This document shows positions 39,700 to 53,421 of a stretch of DNA of 64,000 bases, piece by piece. The first letter of the stretch is position 1. The number at the start of each line of letters is the position of its first letter. Below the pieces are notes generated by a model, which searched no databases, had not been told where the DNA came from, and saw only the letters and a program-made list of their open reading frames with translations. Source of the DNA: an uncultured Chloroflexia bacterium (GTDB taxonomy: Bacteria; Chloroflexota; Chloroflexia; Thermomicrobiales; UBA6265); assembly GCA_963724295.1 (NCBI GenBank), contig CAVRUC010000008.1, positions 128,001 through 192,000 of the forward strand. Reading direction: 5' to 3'. The translations under genes and the position numbers were made by a program.

Positions 39700-40212
39700 A
39701 TGTTGATCAGCGCCGAGATGAAAGCCGCCCTCACCGAGCAGATCGGGCATGAGTTCGCGGCGATGCTTCAGTACGTGACGATTGCTACCTACTTCGAGAG
39801 TGAGGGGCTGCCGCGGCTGGCCCAGCACTTCTACCGCCAGGCGGAGGAGGAACGCGAGCACGCGATGCGCTTCGTCCGCTACGTGGTCGAGACCGGGGGC
39901 GAGGTCGCCATCCCGACCATCCCGCCGGTCAGGAGTGGGTTTGGCTCGGCCGAGGAGGCGGTCCAGCTATCCCTCGATCAGGAGCAAACGGTCACGCGGC
40001 AGATCAACGCCCTGATGGACCAGGCAATCTCGACCAACGATCACGCCGCGCGCACCATGCTGGAGTGGTTCGTCACCGAGCAGGTGGAAGAGGTCTCCAG
40101 CATGGAGACGCTGCTGCGCATGGTCCAGCGCGCCGGCGAATCAGGACTCCTCTTCGTGGAGAGCTACCTGGCTCAGGGACTCACTGTTGAAGGCGAGGGA
40201 GCGGCGGAGTAG
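39700..40212 (+). CDS. ftnA: Ferritin
   Basis: EEEREHAMR and EWFVTEQVEE ferroxidase motifs; AAGGAG RBS. Confidence 0.92.
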   Translation: MLISAEMKAALTEQIGHEFAAMLQYVTIATYFESEGLPRLAQHFYRQAEEEREHAMRFVRYVVETGGEVAIPTIPPVRSGFGSAEEAVQLSLDQEQTVTRQINALMDQAISTNDHAARTMLEWFVTEQVEEVSSMETLLRMVQRAGESGLLFVESYLAQGLTVEGEGAAE

Positions 40213-40232
40213 GGACGCCGGACTTCCACTGA

Positions 40233-41085
40233 CTACTCGTCGCCTTCCTCCCCTGGCTCGGCGCTCTTGCGCGCACGCTCGGCCTCGGCGCGCTGCTCCT
40301 TGCCCCGCTCGGTTGCGGGCTTTGATCCAGTCCTTGCGATACGGCCGCAGGCACTCGACCAGCGCCTCGGCCACCGCCAGATTGTGGAACCATTGGTGGT
40401 CGGCCGGCGTCACGTACCACGGCGCGTGCGGGCTGGCGCAGGCGTTGATCGTCGCCTCATAGGCGGCCATGTAGGCGTCCCAGAACTGGCGCTCCTGCCA
40501 ATCCCGAGGCGAGATCTTCCAGGCGGTCTCCAGGTTGGCTTCGCGCTCCTCGAGCCGCCTGCCCTGCTCCTCCTCACTGACGTGAAGGAAGACCTTCACC
40601 ACGATGATGCCGTGCTCGTGCAACAGCCGCTCGAAGTCGTTGATATTCGCGAAGCGGCGGCGGATCTCGTCCTCCGGCAGCTCGTCGTGCACCTGGGGCA
40701 ACAGCACCTGCTCGTAATAGGAGCGGTCGAAGATCACCAGCTCGCCGTGGCCGGGTGTCAGCTGATCGGCGCGCCACAGGAAATGGTGAGCCTCCTCTTC
40801 CGGCGTCGGCTCCTTGAAAGCCGCCACCCGGCACGATGCCGGATCGGCCGCGGCGAAGACGTTGCCGATGGTGACATCCTTGCCGGAGGCGTCCATGCCT
40901 TGCAGGATGACCAGGATGCCGTTCGCCTCGGCGGCGAACATCAACTCCTGCAGTTCGCGCAGCTCCGCCGTCAGTTCCTCCAGACACTGCCCCGCCTCGG
41001 ATTCGTCAAGCCCTCCGTCCTCGCTCGGATCGATCGCGGCAAGCCGAAACGATCCCCCTCCCTCGACGCGCGTCGCATATCCCAC
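40233..41085 (-). CDS. ppk2: PPK2-family polyphosphate:nucleotide phosphotransferase; probable frameshift near 40310
   Basis: QGMDASGKD, FDRSYY, WK, PAD motifs. The shifted frame gives an acidic tail and a stop at 40233, avoiding overlap with ferritin. Confidence 0.88.
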
Positions 41086-42081
41086 GTGGGTTCATCCCCT
41101 CCAATGCCCTGCCCATGCGGTTGCACTCTGGCCGGCGTAGCGCACGCGCTATGCCAGGAGCCGTCTGCTCACCGCTTATGTCGCGCTGGTTGCGGCGTAT
41201 CGTGGAACTTCTGACTCGGGCAACGCTGATTCTGGTACCTATCGCCTCATCTGCCGGTCCAACGCCTCGCGGATGGCGGCGTATCTCGACAGCAGATCGT
41301 CTCTGACGTGCTCAGCGGTCGTATCTGCCATTGAGATTTCCCACTCGCGCTCACCCTCCGTGCCCTGGGAGGTGAGCGTCCCCCCATGTTTTTTCACGCG
41401 TGGATTCCGCAGGTATATCCATTCGACCGGTGATACGTGCGCTCCGGGCCATGCCGCGAAACCAGAACTCGGCCTCTCCACCGCGACGAACGGTAAGCTC
41501 CACGGACATCATCATTGGTGTTTGGGCCTTGCTGAACGTCGGCGTGCGAGGAGCTTCGTCGTACTGCCGTACTGGCGTTCGAGGTGGCGGATGGTCCGAC
41601 GCGCGCTGCCGCCTCAAACCCCGAAGGATCACAACGGTTTGCTCAAAAAGGCGACGGCTCTGCGCGCGGCGTTCCCGTGCCGCACGATCACGTCCACCGC
41701 CCCTGGTCCGACCATCACGCCCGGCCAGATCGCTGCTCAGCGTCGCTCATGAGCACCCCCTTTTGGAAGCGCTCACGACCAGGACTCGCCCCATTATCGC
41801 GCAGAGGGCACCACCGCCGCGGGTCGCAGCGGGCGAGCGCAAACCGAGCGGGCTAGGCATACCGCCGGCGATGGCGGAGAGGGATGTCGTGGCCTACGAG
41901 CGACCTGGTAGGCACCTGTTCTAACAGCCGCAACCAATCCCCCATGTGCCCGGTGTAGCGCACGCGCTACACCAAGAGCCTAACTGCTCAGGTCTCATGC
42001 GGCGCTGGCAGCGGTGCCTCGGCTCGTGGTTTCGACGGGAGCGTTCTCGCGATCTGCGCCTCGAGATGCTCCGCGTCCGCG

Positions 42082-44810
<2,729 letters not shown>

Positions 44811-44939
44811 GCCTTAGAGCCCCATTTCTCTGAAGGGAACGACACGGGTCCCTGCTGTACGATCGGGAAACGCCGAGATCTCGGGCGACCGCGTTGCGCC
44901 AGCGGCTTTCGTCTTGAAAAGCGGTGAGATTCCCGCCCG

Positions 44940-45239
44940 TTATCCCTGACCTGGCAGCTGCGAGGTGTCCCAGCTTACCTGGAGCTTTCGCACCTGACCG
45001 GGCTGGACGCTCGCCTCCTGAAGTGCGGGTTGCAAGATTTCCTGGTTGAAACGCTGGTATACGTCGTCCGACTCCCAGACGTTGAAGGTCCACCAGCCGC
45101 CAACGTCGTTCGGTCCTTCCGCATGGTAGAGGCCGCCCGCCGGGAATGTGTTCGCGAGCCTGCGGTTGATGCTTTCAGCGACGCGTTGCGATGCGTCAGT
45201 AGGCGCCTGGGACCATTCGCTAAAGACGGCAATTGCCAT
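44940..45239 (-). CDS. Small dimeric alpha-beta barrel-like hypothetical protein
   Basis: GAAGGG RBS; PAGGLYHAEGP...WTFNVWES. Confidence 0.7.
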   Translation of the reverse strand: MAIAVFSEWSQAPTDASQRVAESINRRLANTFPAGGLYHAEGPNDVGGWWTFNVWESDDVYQRFNQEILQPALQEASVQPGQVRKLQVSWDTSQLPGQG

Positions 45240-45362
45240 CGTGTGCCCTTCCCGTTGTCGCGTGCGTGGCCATGCTCGCGTCGAGCATCCGGGGATTATC
45301 GCAGGCGTATTGGTGACTACTTGCGCCATACATGGTGGGTGCCTCCCCGTTTTCTCGGCGAC

Positions 45363-46259
45363 TTACCTTTCTCGTGCCCGCGGGTCGAGCGCATCGCGCA
45401 GCGCATCCCCGAGCAGATTCAGTGTCAGCACGGTGAGCACCAATGCGATCCCCGGGAAGAGCGCCAGCCACCAGGCGCTCTGCAGCACTCGCTGCCCGTC
45501 GCGCAACATGTTTCCCCAGGTGGGGGTCTCCGGATCGACCCCGGCCCCGAGGAAGGAGAGCGAGGCCTCCGAGATGATGGCGAAGGCGACGACGAAGGTG
45601 CATTGCACGATCAGCGGTGAGAACCCGTTGGGGTAGACGTAGCGGAGCAGAACCTGGCTATCCGTCATCCCGATCGAGCGCGCCGATTCCACGAACGGCT
45701 GCTGCCTCGTCACCAGCGTTGTCGAGCGCACCAGGCGGGCGATGGTCGGGGTGTAGACGACCACCAGGGCGATGAAGACATTGACCGCCGAGGTGCCGAG
45801 ACTGGCCATGATGGCGATAGCCAGCAGGATGCTGGGGAAGGCCATCAGCCCGTCCAGCGTGCGCATGATCGGCGTGTCGAGCCGGGGGAAATAGCCGGAC
45901 ATCAGCCCCAGCGCGGACCCGATCAACGCCGCGGCGATCGTCACGCTGACACCGATCATCAGTGAGACGCGGCCGCCGTAGATGACCCGGCTGAAGATAT
46001 CCCGGCCGCGGTCATCGGTCCCTAGCGGGTGATCGAGCGATGGTCCCTGCAGCCGCACGGCCGGATCAAGGAACGTCGGGTCGTGCGGGGTCAGCACGGG
46101 GGCAAAGGCCGCGGACAGGACCACTAGCAGCAGGAAACCCGCGCTGATCACCGTGACCGGGTTTGTGAAGAGGACTCGTGTCCACCCCGCTCGCCGTTCA
46201 CCGGCACGCGTCAGCACCGCGCCCTGGTCGGGTCCGATGCTGGTCGCTACAGCCATCAT
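45363..46259 (-). CDS. Peptide/nickel ABC permease (DppC-like)
   Basis: HPLGTDDRGRDIFSRV, EASLSFLG, PTWG. Confidence 0.94.
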   Translation of the reverse strand: MMAVATSIGPDQGAVLTRAGERRAGWTRVLFTNPVTVISAGFLLLVVLSAAFAPVLTPHDPTFLDPAVRLQGPSLDHPLGTDDRGRDIFSRVIYGGRVSLMIGVSVTIAAALIGSALGLMSGYFPRLDTPIMRTLDGLMAFPSILLAIAIMASLGTSAVNVFIALVVVYTPTIARLVRSTTLVTRQQPFVESARSIGMTDSQVLLRYVYPNGFSPLIVQCTFVVAFAIISEASLSFLGAGVDPETPTWGNMLRDGQRVLQSAWWLALFPGIALVLTVLTLNLLGDALRDALDPRARER

Positions 46260-47206
46260 TCGCCCCCGAGCCGCACGCGCGGATCGATGTAGACATAGAG
46301 CACGTCGATGACGAGATTGACCAGAACGTAGGTCATGGCGATGGCGATGATTGCCCCCTGGATGACGGGGTAGTCACGGCGGGCGATGCTCTGCACGACG
46401 AGGCGTCCCATGCCCGGGATGGTGAAGACGGTCTCGGTGACGACGGCGCCGCCGAGCAGGGCTCCGATCGAGATGCCGATGATGGTCAGCGCCGGGATGA
46501 GCGCGTTCCGCAGCGCGTGACGGACGATCACGAGCTGCTCCGGCAGACCTTTGGCGAAGGCGGTCCGCACGTAGTCCTCGCGCAGCACGTCGAGCATCGA
46601 TGAGCGCACCAGTCGCGCCAGCAACCCGGCAGCGGAGAACCCCAGGGCGAACGCCGGCAGGAGCATCGCTTTGAAATGGGCAACCGGGTCCTCTCCGAAC
46701 GGCACGTAGCCCCCGGAGGGGAGCCAGCGTAGGTGCACGGCGAAGATCAGGATGAGCAGGATGCCGAGAAAGAAGGTGGGGATGGCCGAGCCGGAGATGG
46801 CCATCACCGTAAGCGTGCGGTCGAGCGGTGAGTTGTAACGCACTGCCGCCAGTACACCGGCCGGGATGCCGATGAGCACCTGGATGCTAAGGGCATAGAC
46901 GGTCAACAGCACTGTCGGCTGCACGCGGCTGAGGAGCGCCTGGGTAACCGGCTCGCCGAGGAAGATCGACTCTCCGAAGTCGAGCCGCAGCACGTTCCCG
47001 AACCAGCGCACGAACTGGACGGGTAGCGGGTCGTTCAACCCGAGTTGCTCGCGCAGCCGCGCGATGTCCTCGGGCGTCGCCCGGTCACCCAGGATCACCG
47101 CCGCCGGGTCGCCCGGCGTCAGATGCACTAATCCGAAGACGACCACACCGACGACGATCAGCACTGGCACCAGCATCACCAGCCGGCGCAGGATGTAGGC
47201 GGTCAC
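46256..47206 (-). CDS. Peptide/nickel ABC permease (DppB-like)
   Basis: PGDPA, DYVRTAFAKGL, DPRVR. Confidence 0.94.
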   Translation of the reverse strand: MTAYILRRLVMLVPVLIVVGVVVFGLVHLTPGDPAAVILGDRATPEDIARLREQLGLNDPLPVQFVRWFGNVLRLDFGESIFLGEPVTQALLSRVQPTVLLTVYALSIQVLIGIPAGVLAAVRYNSPLDRTLTVMAISGSAIPTFFLGILLILIFAVHLRWLPSGGYVPFGEDPVAHFKAMLLPAFALGFSAAGLLARLVRSSMLDVLREDYVRTAFAKGLPEQLVIVRHALRNALIPALTIIGISIGALLGGAVVTETVFTIPGMGRLVVQSIARRDYPVIQGAIIAIAMTYVLVNLVIDVLYVYIDPRVRLGGE

Positions 47207-47241
47207 GGGGTGATAGGGTGATGGGGTGATGGGGTGATGGG
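47207..47241. repeat. Octamer tandem repeat (GGGGTGAT)x4 with partial inverted copy at 47331-47342
   Basis: Directly visible between the SBP and permease genes. Confidence 0.8.
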
Positions 47242-47358
47242 CGGATGTTCCCGCACCATCAACCCCTGCTCTCTCCGTCCACCCATTGCGAAGGGTGAAA
47301 GAAGTACGGAGTTCGAGTTCACCGCAACCTCCCTATCACCCCAATATCCTAGGATCCA

Positions 47359-49071
47359 TCACCCCTCGTTCAACCACATATTCCAGAACTTGAAGCCTCG
47401 TTCGAACTGCCCGTCCCAGCCGCCAACCTTATCGGAGCGGAAGAAGACCCGGCTTGAATCACCGATCTTGATCGCCGGGATCTCCGTGTAGTGGGCTTCC
47501 TGAATCTGCTCGAAGATCGGCATGCGGGTGTCGAAGTCGGACTCGGCCAAGAGTTCCGCGGCCAGGGCGAGGCTGCTCTCCGAGCTCCACCAGCCCGGAT
47601 ACTGGTTCATCTGCCCGACGTAGGAGATCTGGCTCGGGTCAGGCACGAAGCCGTGGCCGGTCCCGAACATGTCCCACTCCTCCGGGATGGCCCGCCGCTC
47701 CAGGACAGTCGCCCAATCGACGACCTGCAGATCGACGGTAATACCGACCGCCTCCAGCTGCTGCTGGGCGACGATCGCCTCACCGTACATGTACGAGTAT
47801 TCCTGGGTGGTCAGGAAGCGGAGCGGCTCACCATCGTAGCCAGCCTCCTGCAGTTTCTCCTTCGCCAGATCGGGATTGTTGACGTTGTAATGCTCTTCAC
47901 CAGCGGTCGAGTGCCAGGGGGTTTGCTGCATCATCAGACCGGGATCGAGCCGGATAAACTCGTCGCCACCGCGGCCCGATTGCAGCATCGGCAGGTGGTC
48001 GAACGCTGCTTGCACCGCCTGACGCATGGCCAGGTTCTCCATCATTGGTGACTTCCAGTTCAGGAAGAAGACGTCCCATTCGGTCGGCGTCAGGATCTCG
48101 GCAACCACGCCGGGGAAATCCTGGAGCACCGTGTACTGGTCATTCCCAATGTCGAGCCCGAGGTGATAATCGCCCGCCTGCAAGCCGGCCACACGCGCCG
48201 CCTCATCGGGTACGGGGATGAACTCGATGACGTCCGGGTAGGCGTACTTGGTGCCACCGTAGCCCATAGGCCCGTCGTCCGAGGACGACGTGTAGTCATC
48301 GAAGCGCTCGAAGACCATCGCCGCGTCTCGCCGCCACTCCACGACCCTGTACGGTCCAGTGCCGATGTATTGCGTTGGGTCGGTAATCGGGTCATCACCG
48401 GCCGCGTCGAGGACCGACTTGGGGTGGATCGTGCAGGCTTGAGTATTGTGGGCCAGCGCGATCAGGATCGTGCCGTACGGCTCGCTGAGGCGGAACTCCA
48501 GCGTGTAGTCGTCGACCTGGGCCAGCTCGCTGGTCTTCTCCATGAGCCGCTTGCCGACGCCGCTGATGCGACCCCAGCGCTCGAGCGAGGCGATCGCGTC
48601 GGCCGCCTTCAACTCCTCGCCGTTGTGGAACATGACGCCCTGGCGCAGGGCCATCGTGTGGGTCAAACCGTCTTCGCTGACGGTATGCGTCTCCACAAGC
48701 TCAGGGATCGCCTGGTATGTTTCGTCGTAGGTGAAGAGCCCCTCGTAGGCGCAGTAGCCGAGCTCCGCCACGATTGTTGCGGTCGACTGATGCTCGTCAA
48801 GATTAGGCGGCTCGCCGATGGTCGCCACCCGCAGCGTGCCGCCGCGCACGCCGGCTGCGGGGTCATCTTGCATCGCCCGCAGCACCGCGGCTGAGGCCTG
48901 ACCGGTGGCCTCACGTCCGACGAGCGCCGCCAGCCCGGCGCTGCCCAGGCCCAGCATGGCTGCCCGGCGTAAGAGCGAGCGGCGATTGAGCTGTCCGCGC
49001 TCCCACTCCGCGACAATGGCGGCGACTTCGCGCCGCGTCGCCAATGGTGTCCTGCCGGTGAGTCGGGTCAT
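47359..49071 (-). CDS. ABC substrate-binding protein family 5 (Tat signal)
   Basis: NRRSLLR leader, GGTLRVA, FHNGE, IGTGPY. Confidence 0.93.
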   Translation of the reverse strand: MTRLTGRTPLATRREVAAIVAEWERGQLNRRSLLRRAAMLGLGSAGLAALVGREATGQASAAVLRAMQDDPAAGVRGGTLRVATIGEPPNLDEHQSTATIVAELGYCAYEGLFTYDETYQAIPELVETHTVSEDGLTHTMALRQGVMFHNGEELKAADAIASLERWGRISGVGKRLMEKTSELAQVDDYTLEFRLSEPYGTILIALAHNTQACTIHPKSVLDAAGDDPITDPTQYIGTGPYRVVEWRRDAAMVFERFDDYTSSSDDGPMGYGGTKYAYPDVIEFIPVPDEAARVAGLQAGDYHLGLDIGNDQYTVLQDFPGVVAEILTPTEWDVFFLNWKSPMMENLAMRQAVQAAFDHLPMLQSGRGGDEFIRLDPGLMMQQTPWHSTAGEEHYNVNNPDLAKEKLQEAGYDGEPLRFLTTQEYSYMYGEAIVAQQQLEAVGITVDLQVVDWATVLERRAIPEEWDMFGTGHGFVPDPSQISYVGQMNQYPGWWSSESSLALAAELLAESDFDTRMPIFEQIQEAHYTEIPAIKIGDSSRVFFRSDKVGGWDGQFERGFKFWNMWLNEG

Positions 49072-49307
49072 CTTCGAGCCTCCTCTGCTTCACTTGGCCG
49101 GAGTGGCCACCAGGACGATGGGAGGAGATCGGCACCGGAACGAGGTGATTACCTCTTCACGACCGACGCTTAATCCTCCCTCCGTCATTTGTCCGTGTGC
49201 GTGCCCGGCATCATAAAACAGGTGAGGAAGTTGTCAAATGTTCCTCTCTGATTGATAAGGCCGCTCGAGAATCACCTCCTGCCGCGGAAGGAGTACCGGG
49301 TTTGTCC

Positions 49308-50471
49308 ATGAGGAATACCGGGGTCGTCGTCATCGGTGGCGGCATCAGTGGCGCCGCCGCGACGTATGAGCTCGCTCGCACCGGGGCGAAGGTGACCCTG
49401 CTGGAGCAGAAATCATTGGCCAGCATGGCCTCCGGCTGGACGCTGGCGGGGGTGCGCCAGTCGGGGCGGCATCCGGCCGAACTGCCGCTGGCGACCGCCG
49501 CGGTGGCCCGCTGGGAGCGACTCGGTGACGAACTCGGTGCCGACGTCGAGTACCGCCGTGAAGGCAACCTGCGGCTGGCACGGTTCCCCGAGGAAGTCCC
49601 CGTGATCCAGGCCATCGTCGCCGAGCAGCGCGATCTCGGGCTGGACCTGACGTATCTCCCGGACAACGCCGCCGTGCGGGAGATCGCGCCGGCGATTGCG
49701 GAATCGGTCCTCTCCGCCTCGTACTGTCCGACCGATGGCCACGCCAACCCCATCGCCACAGTCGAGGCATTCGCTCAGGCCGCCGCGCGACACGGGGCGA
49801 CGCTGCACACGGAAACCGCGGTGACCGCGATCGACGTCAGCGGCGGCCGCATCCATGGAGTCCGCTCCTCCGAAGGTGACTTCGCCGCCGACGTTGTCGT
49901 GGTCGCGGCCGGCGTCCACACAGCTCAGCTCTGCGCGCCGCTGGGGTTGGACCTACCGATTCAGGTGTCGCGAGTTGCCGTCGTCCAGACCGTGCCCTTA
50001 CCGCCGCTCATCCAGCAGGTGCTCGGCACGGCAGGCGCGGACTTCGCCGGCCGCCAGGAAGTTGGTGGTCGCTTCCGGCTGACCGGCGGCGGCCAGCCGT
50101 GGCCTCACCGGCCCGAGGATCTCGCGCAGAACGATGATCAGGTCCGCCCGCCCGCGGCGGACGTCATCGCGGCACTTACCCGCGGTATCGAGGTGTTACC
50201 CGCTCTCGGCGAGACTAGCGTCGCTCGGGTCTGGGGTGGGCTGCTCGACATGACACCGGATGCTCTACCGATCATCGAGCGGGTCCCGGAATTCGATGGC
50301 TTGGTCGTTGCCGCCGGGTTCTCGGGCCACGGTTTCTGCCTCGGCCCGATAACGGGTCAGATTGTGTGCGAACTGGTAGGCAAGGGAACGACGTCGCTCC
50401 CCATACAGCCGTTCACCTGGAACCGTTTCGCCGCCATGTCGGGCCTGGCCGGGGCTACGTTGCACGGATAA
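49308..50471 (+). CDS. FAD-dependent oxidoreductase (sarcosine oxidase beta/DAO family)
   Basis: VIGGGISG, DMTPDALPII, GFSGHGF. Confidence 0.92.
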   Translation: MRNTGVVVIGGGISGAAATYELARTGAKVTLLEQKSLASMASGWTLAGVRQSGRHPAELPLATAAVARWERLGDELGADVEYRREGNLRLARFPEEVPVIQAIVAEQRDLGLDLTYLPDNAAVREIAPAIAESVLSASYCPTDGHANPIATVEAFAQAAARHGATLHTETAVTAIDVSGGRIHGVRSSEGDFAADVVVVAAGVHTAQLCAPLGLDLPIQVSRVAVVQTVPLPPLIQQVLGTAGADFAGRQEVGGRFRLTGGGQPWPHRPEDLAQNDDQVRPPAADVIAALTRGIEVLPALGETSVARVWGGLLDMTPDALPIIERVPEFDGLVVAAGFSGHGFCLGPITGQIVCELVGKGTTSLPIQPFTWNRFAAMSGLAGATLHG

Positions 50472-50682
50472 CCACAGCCGAATCCGCGGCGGACCAGGCG
50501 CTGTGTCCGTGCTCAAACCTGTTCGTGCGCACCGCTTCCGTCTACCATGAGAGCCTGCTCAGTGGTTCACCCAAGGTGTCCCGCCACTGGTTTCTCGAGT
50601 TTTTTCGGTCTCGATTGCGAGGCCGCCTGAGCCCATCGGCCGGTTCTATCGGCCCGCATGGCAGACGAGGAGGTCCCAGATC

Positions 50683-52305
50683 ATGACCAGACGTCGATGG
50701 CTAACATCCCTGCTGGCGATGGTCCTTTTCCTTTCGGCAGGCACGACGGCGTTCGTCGGCAGCGCTGTGGCCCAGGACGAGGGTGACCGTCCGGTCCTTC
50801 GCTTTGGCGTCAACGCCGCGGATCTGGCCACGCTCGACCCACACTTCGCCTCCGGCACGCAGGACCGCACCGTCGTCGACATGGTCTTCAACGCCCTGGT
50901 TCGCTTCGTGCCGGGCAACAGTGCCGAGATGGAGCCGGACATCGCGACGGCGATCCCCGAGCCGGAGATCGTCGACGGGAAGCAGGTCTGGACGTTTGAG
51001 CTACGCGACGACGTGATGTGCCATCCCGGTCCGGATACCGAGGCCTACCCGCTCACCGCCGACGACGTCGTCTACTCATTGCAGAAGTCCGCGGACGTCG
51101 ACCGATCCGCCTATGCGGGCGACTATGCGGGGATGACTGTGGAGAAGGTTGACGATCACACGGTCACCATAACGATGGACACTCCCCTCTCCTACATACT
51201 CTTCCTGCCGAAAATCGCCAACTACGCCGGAGGGTTCATCATCTGCGCGCAACCGGCCGAGGCTATGGGGGACGAAGCGATCAAGACCCACCCGGTCGGC
51301 ACCGGGCCGTTCATGTTCGAGAGCTACACCCCGCAGAACAGCGTGGTACTGACCGCCAACGACGACTACTTCCGGGGCGCACCCAAGCTGGGTGGCGTCG
51401 AGGTGCGCTACATGGCGGATCCAAACACCCGCGAGCTCGGCCTGCAAGCGGGCGAGCTGGATCTCGCCGCGGGCGTCAACGAGGCGCAGTGGGTCGATCG
51501 CATCAATGCCGAGGGGAACCTGACCGCCGATGTCTTCGGCGTCGCGGAGCCCGTCTGGATCAACCTCAATGTGACCGCGGAGCCGCTCGACGATCCGCTG
51601 GTGCGTGAGGCGATTGCGCTGGCGATCAACCTCGATGAGCACGCGGCGCTGCGTGGCGCTCCGGTCTCTGAACCCATCTTCTCGGTCGTGCCGCCCCAGC
51701 TGCCGGGCGGGCTGACGGAGGAAGAAGCCACCGCCGCGGGCGTGCTGCGCGAGCAGGATATCGAGCGGGCGCGGGAATTGATGGCCGAGGCGGGGTACGC
51801 CGACGGGTTCAGTATGGACCTGATTACGTCGGAGATGACGGACTACAGCGCCAACTACGAAGTGCTGCAGGCGGAGCTGGCGGAGATCGGCATCACGGTC
51901 AATCTCACTGTGGTCGACCATGCCACGATGCACGCGCAGATCCGCGAGGACGTCAACCCGATCGTGATCTACGTCGCCTACCGGCCGAACGCCGACGTCT
52001 ACCTGACCAACTTCTTTCACTCCAATTCGATCGTCGTCGAGGGAGAGTCGCCGATCACCAACTTCTCCCACTACTCAGGGGTCGACGATCTGATCGAGCA
52101 GGCCCGCGCCGAGACCGATCCCACGGCGCAGGAAGAGCTCTGGAAGCAGGCCAATATCCAGATCCAGAAGGATTTGGCCGCCATTCCGCTCTACATGCAG
52201 AGTCTGGTTTACGCGCGGACGCCTGCCGTCGACTACGGACACGAGCTGGTGTCCAGCCTCGCCCTCTATCCGCAGATCACCGAATTGACGACAGTGGAGC
52301 GGTAG
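50683..52305 (+). CDS. ABC substrate-binding protein family 5
   Basis: Signal peptide, TLDPH, TADDVVYS, PVGTGPF; GAGGAGG RBS. Confidence 0.93.
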   Translation: MTRRRWLTSLLAMVLFLSAGTTAFVGSAVAQDEGDRPVLRFGVNAADLATLDPHFASGTQDRTVVDMVFNALVRFVPGNSAEMEPDIATAIPEPEIVDGKQVWTFELRDDVMCHPGPDTEAYPLTADDVVYSLQKSADVDRSAYAGDYAGMTVEKVDDHTVTITMDTPLSYILFLPKIANYAGGFIICAQPAEAMGDEAIKTHPVGTGPFMFESYTPQNSVVLTANDDYFRGAPKLGGVEVRYMADPNTRELGLQAGELDLAAGVNEAQWVDRINAEGNLTADVFGVAEPVWINLNVTAEPLDDPLVREAIALAINLDEHAALRGAPVSEPIFSVVPPQLPGGLTEEEATAAGVLREQDIERARELMAEAGYADGFSMDLITSEMTDYSANYEVLQAELAEIGITVNLTVVDHATMHAQIREDVNPIVIYVAYRPNADVYLTNFFHSNSIVVEGESPITNFSHYSGVDDLIEQARAETDPTAQEELWKQANIQIQKDLAAIPLYMQSLVYARTPAVDYGHELVSSLALYPQITELTTVER

Positions 52306-52354
52306 CGGCCGGCATTCAAGACGCCGGCTTTCGGCCCGGAATGCACGGAGAGCA

Positions 52355-52392
52355 GTAGGGTCAAGGGGCACGGCGCGCCGTGCCCCTTGACC
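52355..52392 (+). repeat. GTAG-type REP-like perfect palindrome
   Basis: GTAG followed by a 34-bp perfect inverted repeat ggtcaaggggcacggcg|cgccgtgccccttgacc. Confidence 0.75.
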
Positions 52393-52479
52393 AGCCGTCC
52401 TCCGAAAATGGCGCGAGTTTGAAGGCAATGCGATCCAGGAATCGTGTGCGGCCGCTGTTGAGGCGCCTGGGATGATCCA

Positions 52480-53421
52480 ATGATCCGCCATATTGGCCGG
52501 CGTCTGCTGCTGGCGGTTCCGACGCTGCTGGCGGTGTTCACCATCATCTTCATCATCGTTCGAGTCGCGCCGGGGGATCCCGCGGTCGCGGCGCTGGGAG
52601 ACTACGCGTCGGCCGACGCGGTGGCGGCGCTGCGGGAGCGGATGGGTCTCAACGAGCCACTCTGGAAGCAGTACCTGACGTTCCTCGGCGATCTCAGCCG
52701 CGGCGATCTCGGCCGCTCCCTGATCTCCCAGAAACCGGTCAGCGAGCAGATCGCGTTCGTCCTGCCGTACACCCTGGAGCTGACCGCCGCCGCGATTGTG
52801 ATCGGACTCGTCCTCGGTATTCCAACCGGCGTGATCACCGCGATTCGCCGCAACACCGCCGTGGATTATGTCGGGCGAATGCTCTCGCTGCTGGGTTTGT
52901 CTTTTCCGTCGTTCTATCTCGGCATCTTGCTCATATTTTTTTTCGCGGTGAGGCTGGGGCTCTTTCCTGCCGTCGGGTCGGCGCCGTTTTCAGAGCCGGG
53001 CCGCAATTTGCACTATCTGGTGCTCCCCGCGGTCACTCTGGGACTGATCGAGACGGCATACATCGCTCGCATGACCCGCTCGGTCGTCTTGACGATCCTG
53101 ACCGATGATTACATCCGCACGGCTCGCGCCAAGGGTCTTGAAGAGTGGGTCGTGCTGGTGAAGCATGCGCTGCGCGCCGCACTCATCCCCATCGTCTCGC
53201 TCGTCGGCATCTTCGCCATCAGCCTCATCGGCAGCTCCGTTCTGGTCGAGGAGGTCTTCGCGCGGCCGGGACTGGGCAAGTTGATGGTTGGCGCCACCAA
53301 GCAGAAGGACTACACCACGCTGCAATCGATCATGGTCGTCTATGCGTTGATCATCGTGATCATCAATCTCATCGTCGACATCATCTACACCTACGTCGAC
53401 CCGCGGGTGAGGTTCAGCTGA
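52480..53421 (+). CDS. Peptide ABC permease (DppB-like)
   Basis: PGDPA, DYIRTARAKGL, DPRVR. Confidence 0.94.
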   Translation: MIRHIGRRLLLAVPTLLAVFTIIFIIVRVAPGDPAVAALGDYASADAVAALRERMGLNEPLWKQYLTFLGDLSRGDLGRSLISQKPVSEQIAFVLPYTLELTAAAIVIGLVLGIPTGVITAIRRNTAVDYVGRMLSLLGLSFPSFYLGILLIFFFAVRLGLFPAVGSAPFSEPGRNLHYLVLPAVTLGLIETAYIARMTRSVVLTILTDDYIRTARAKGLEEWVVLVKHALRAALIPIVSLVGIFAISLIGSSVLVEEVFARPGLGKLMVGATKQKDYTTLQSIMVVYALIIVIINLIVDIIYTYVDPRVRFS

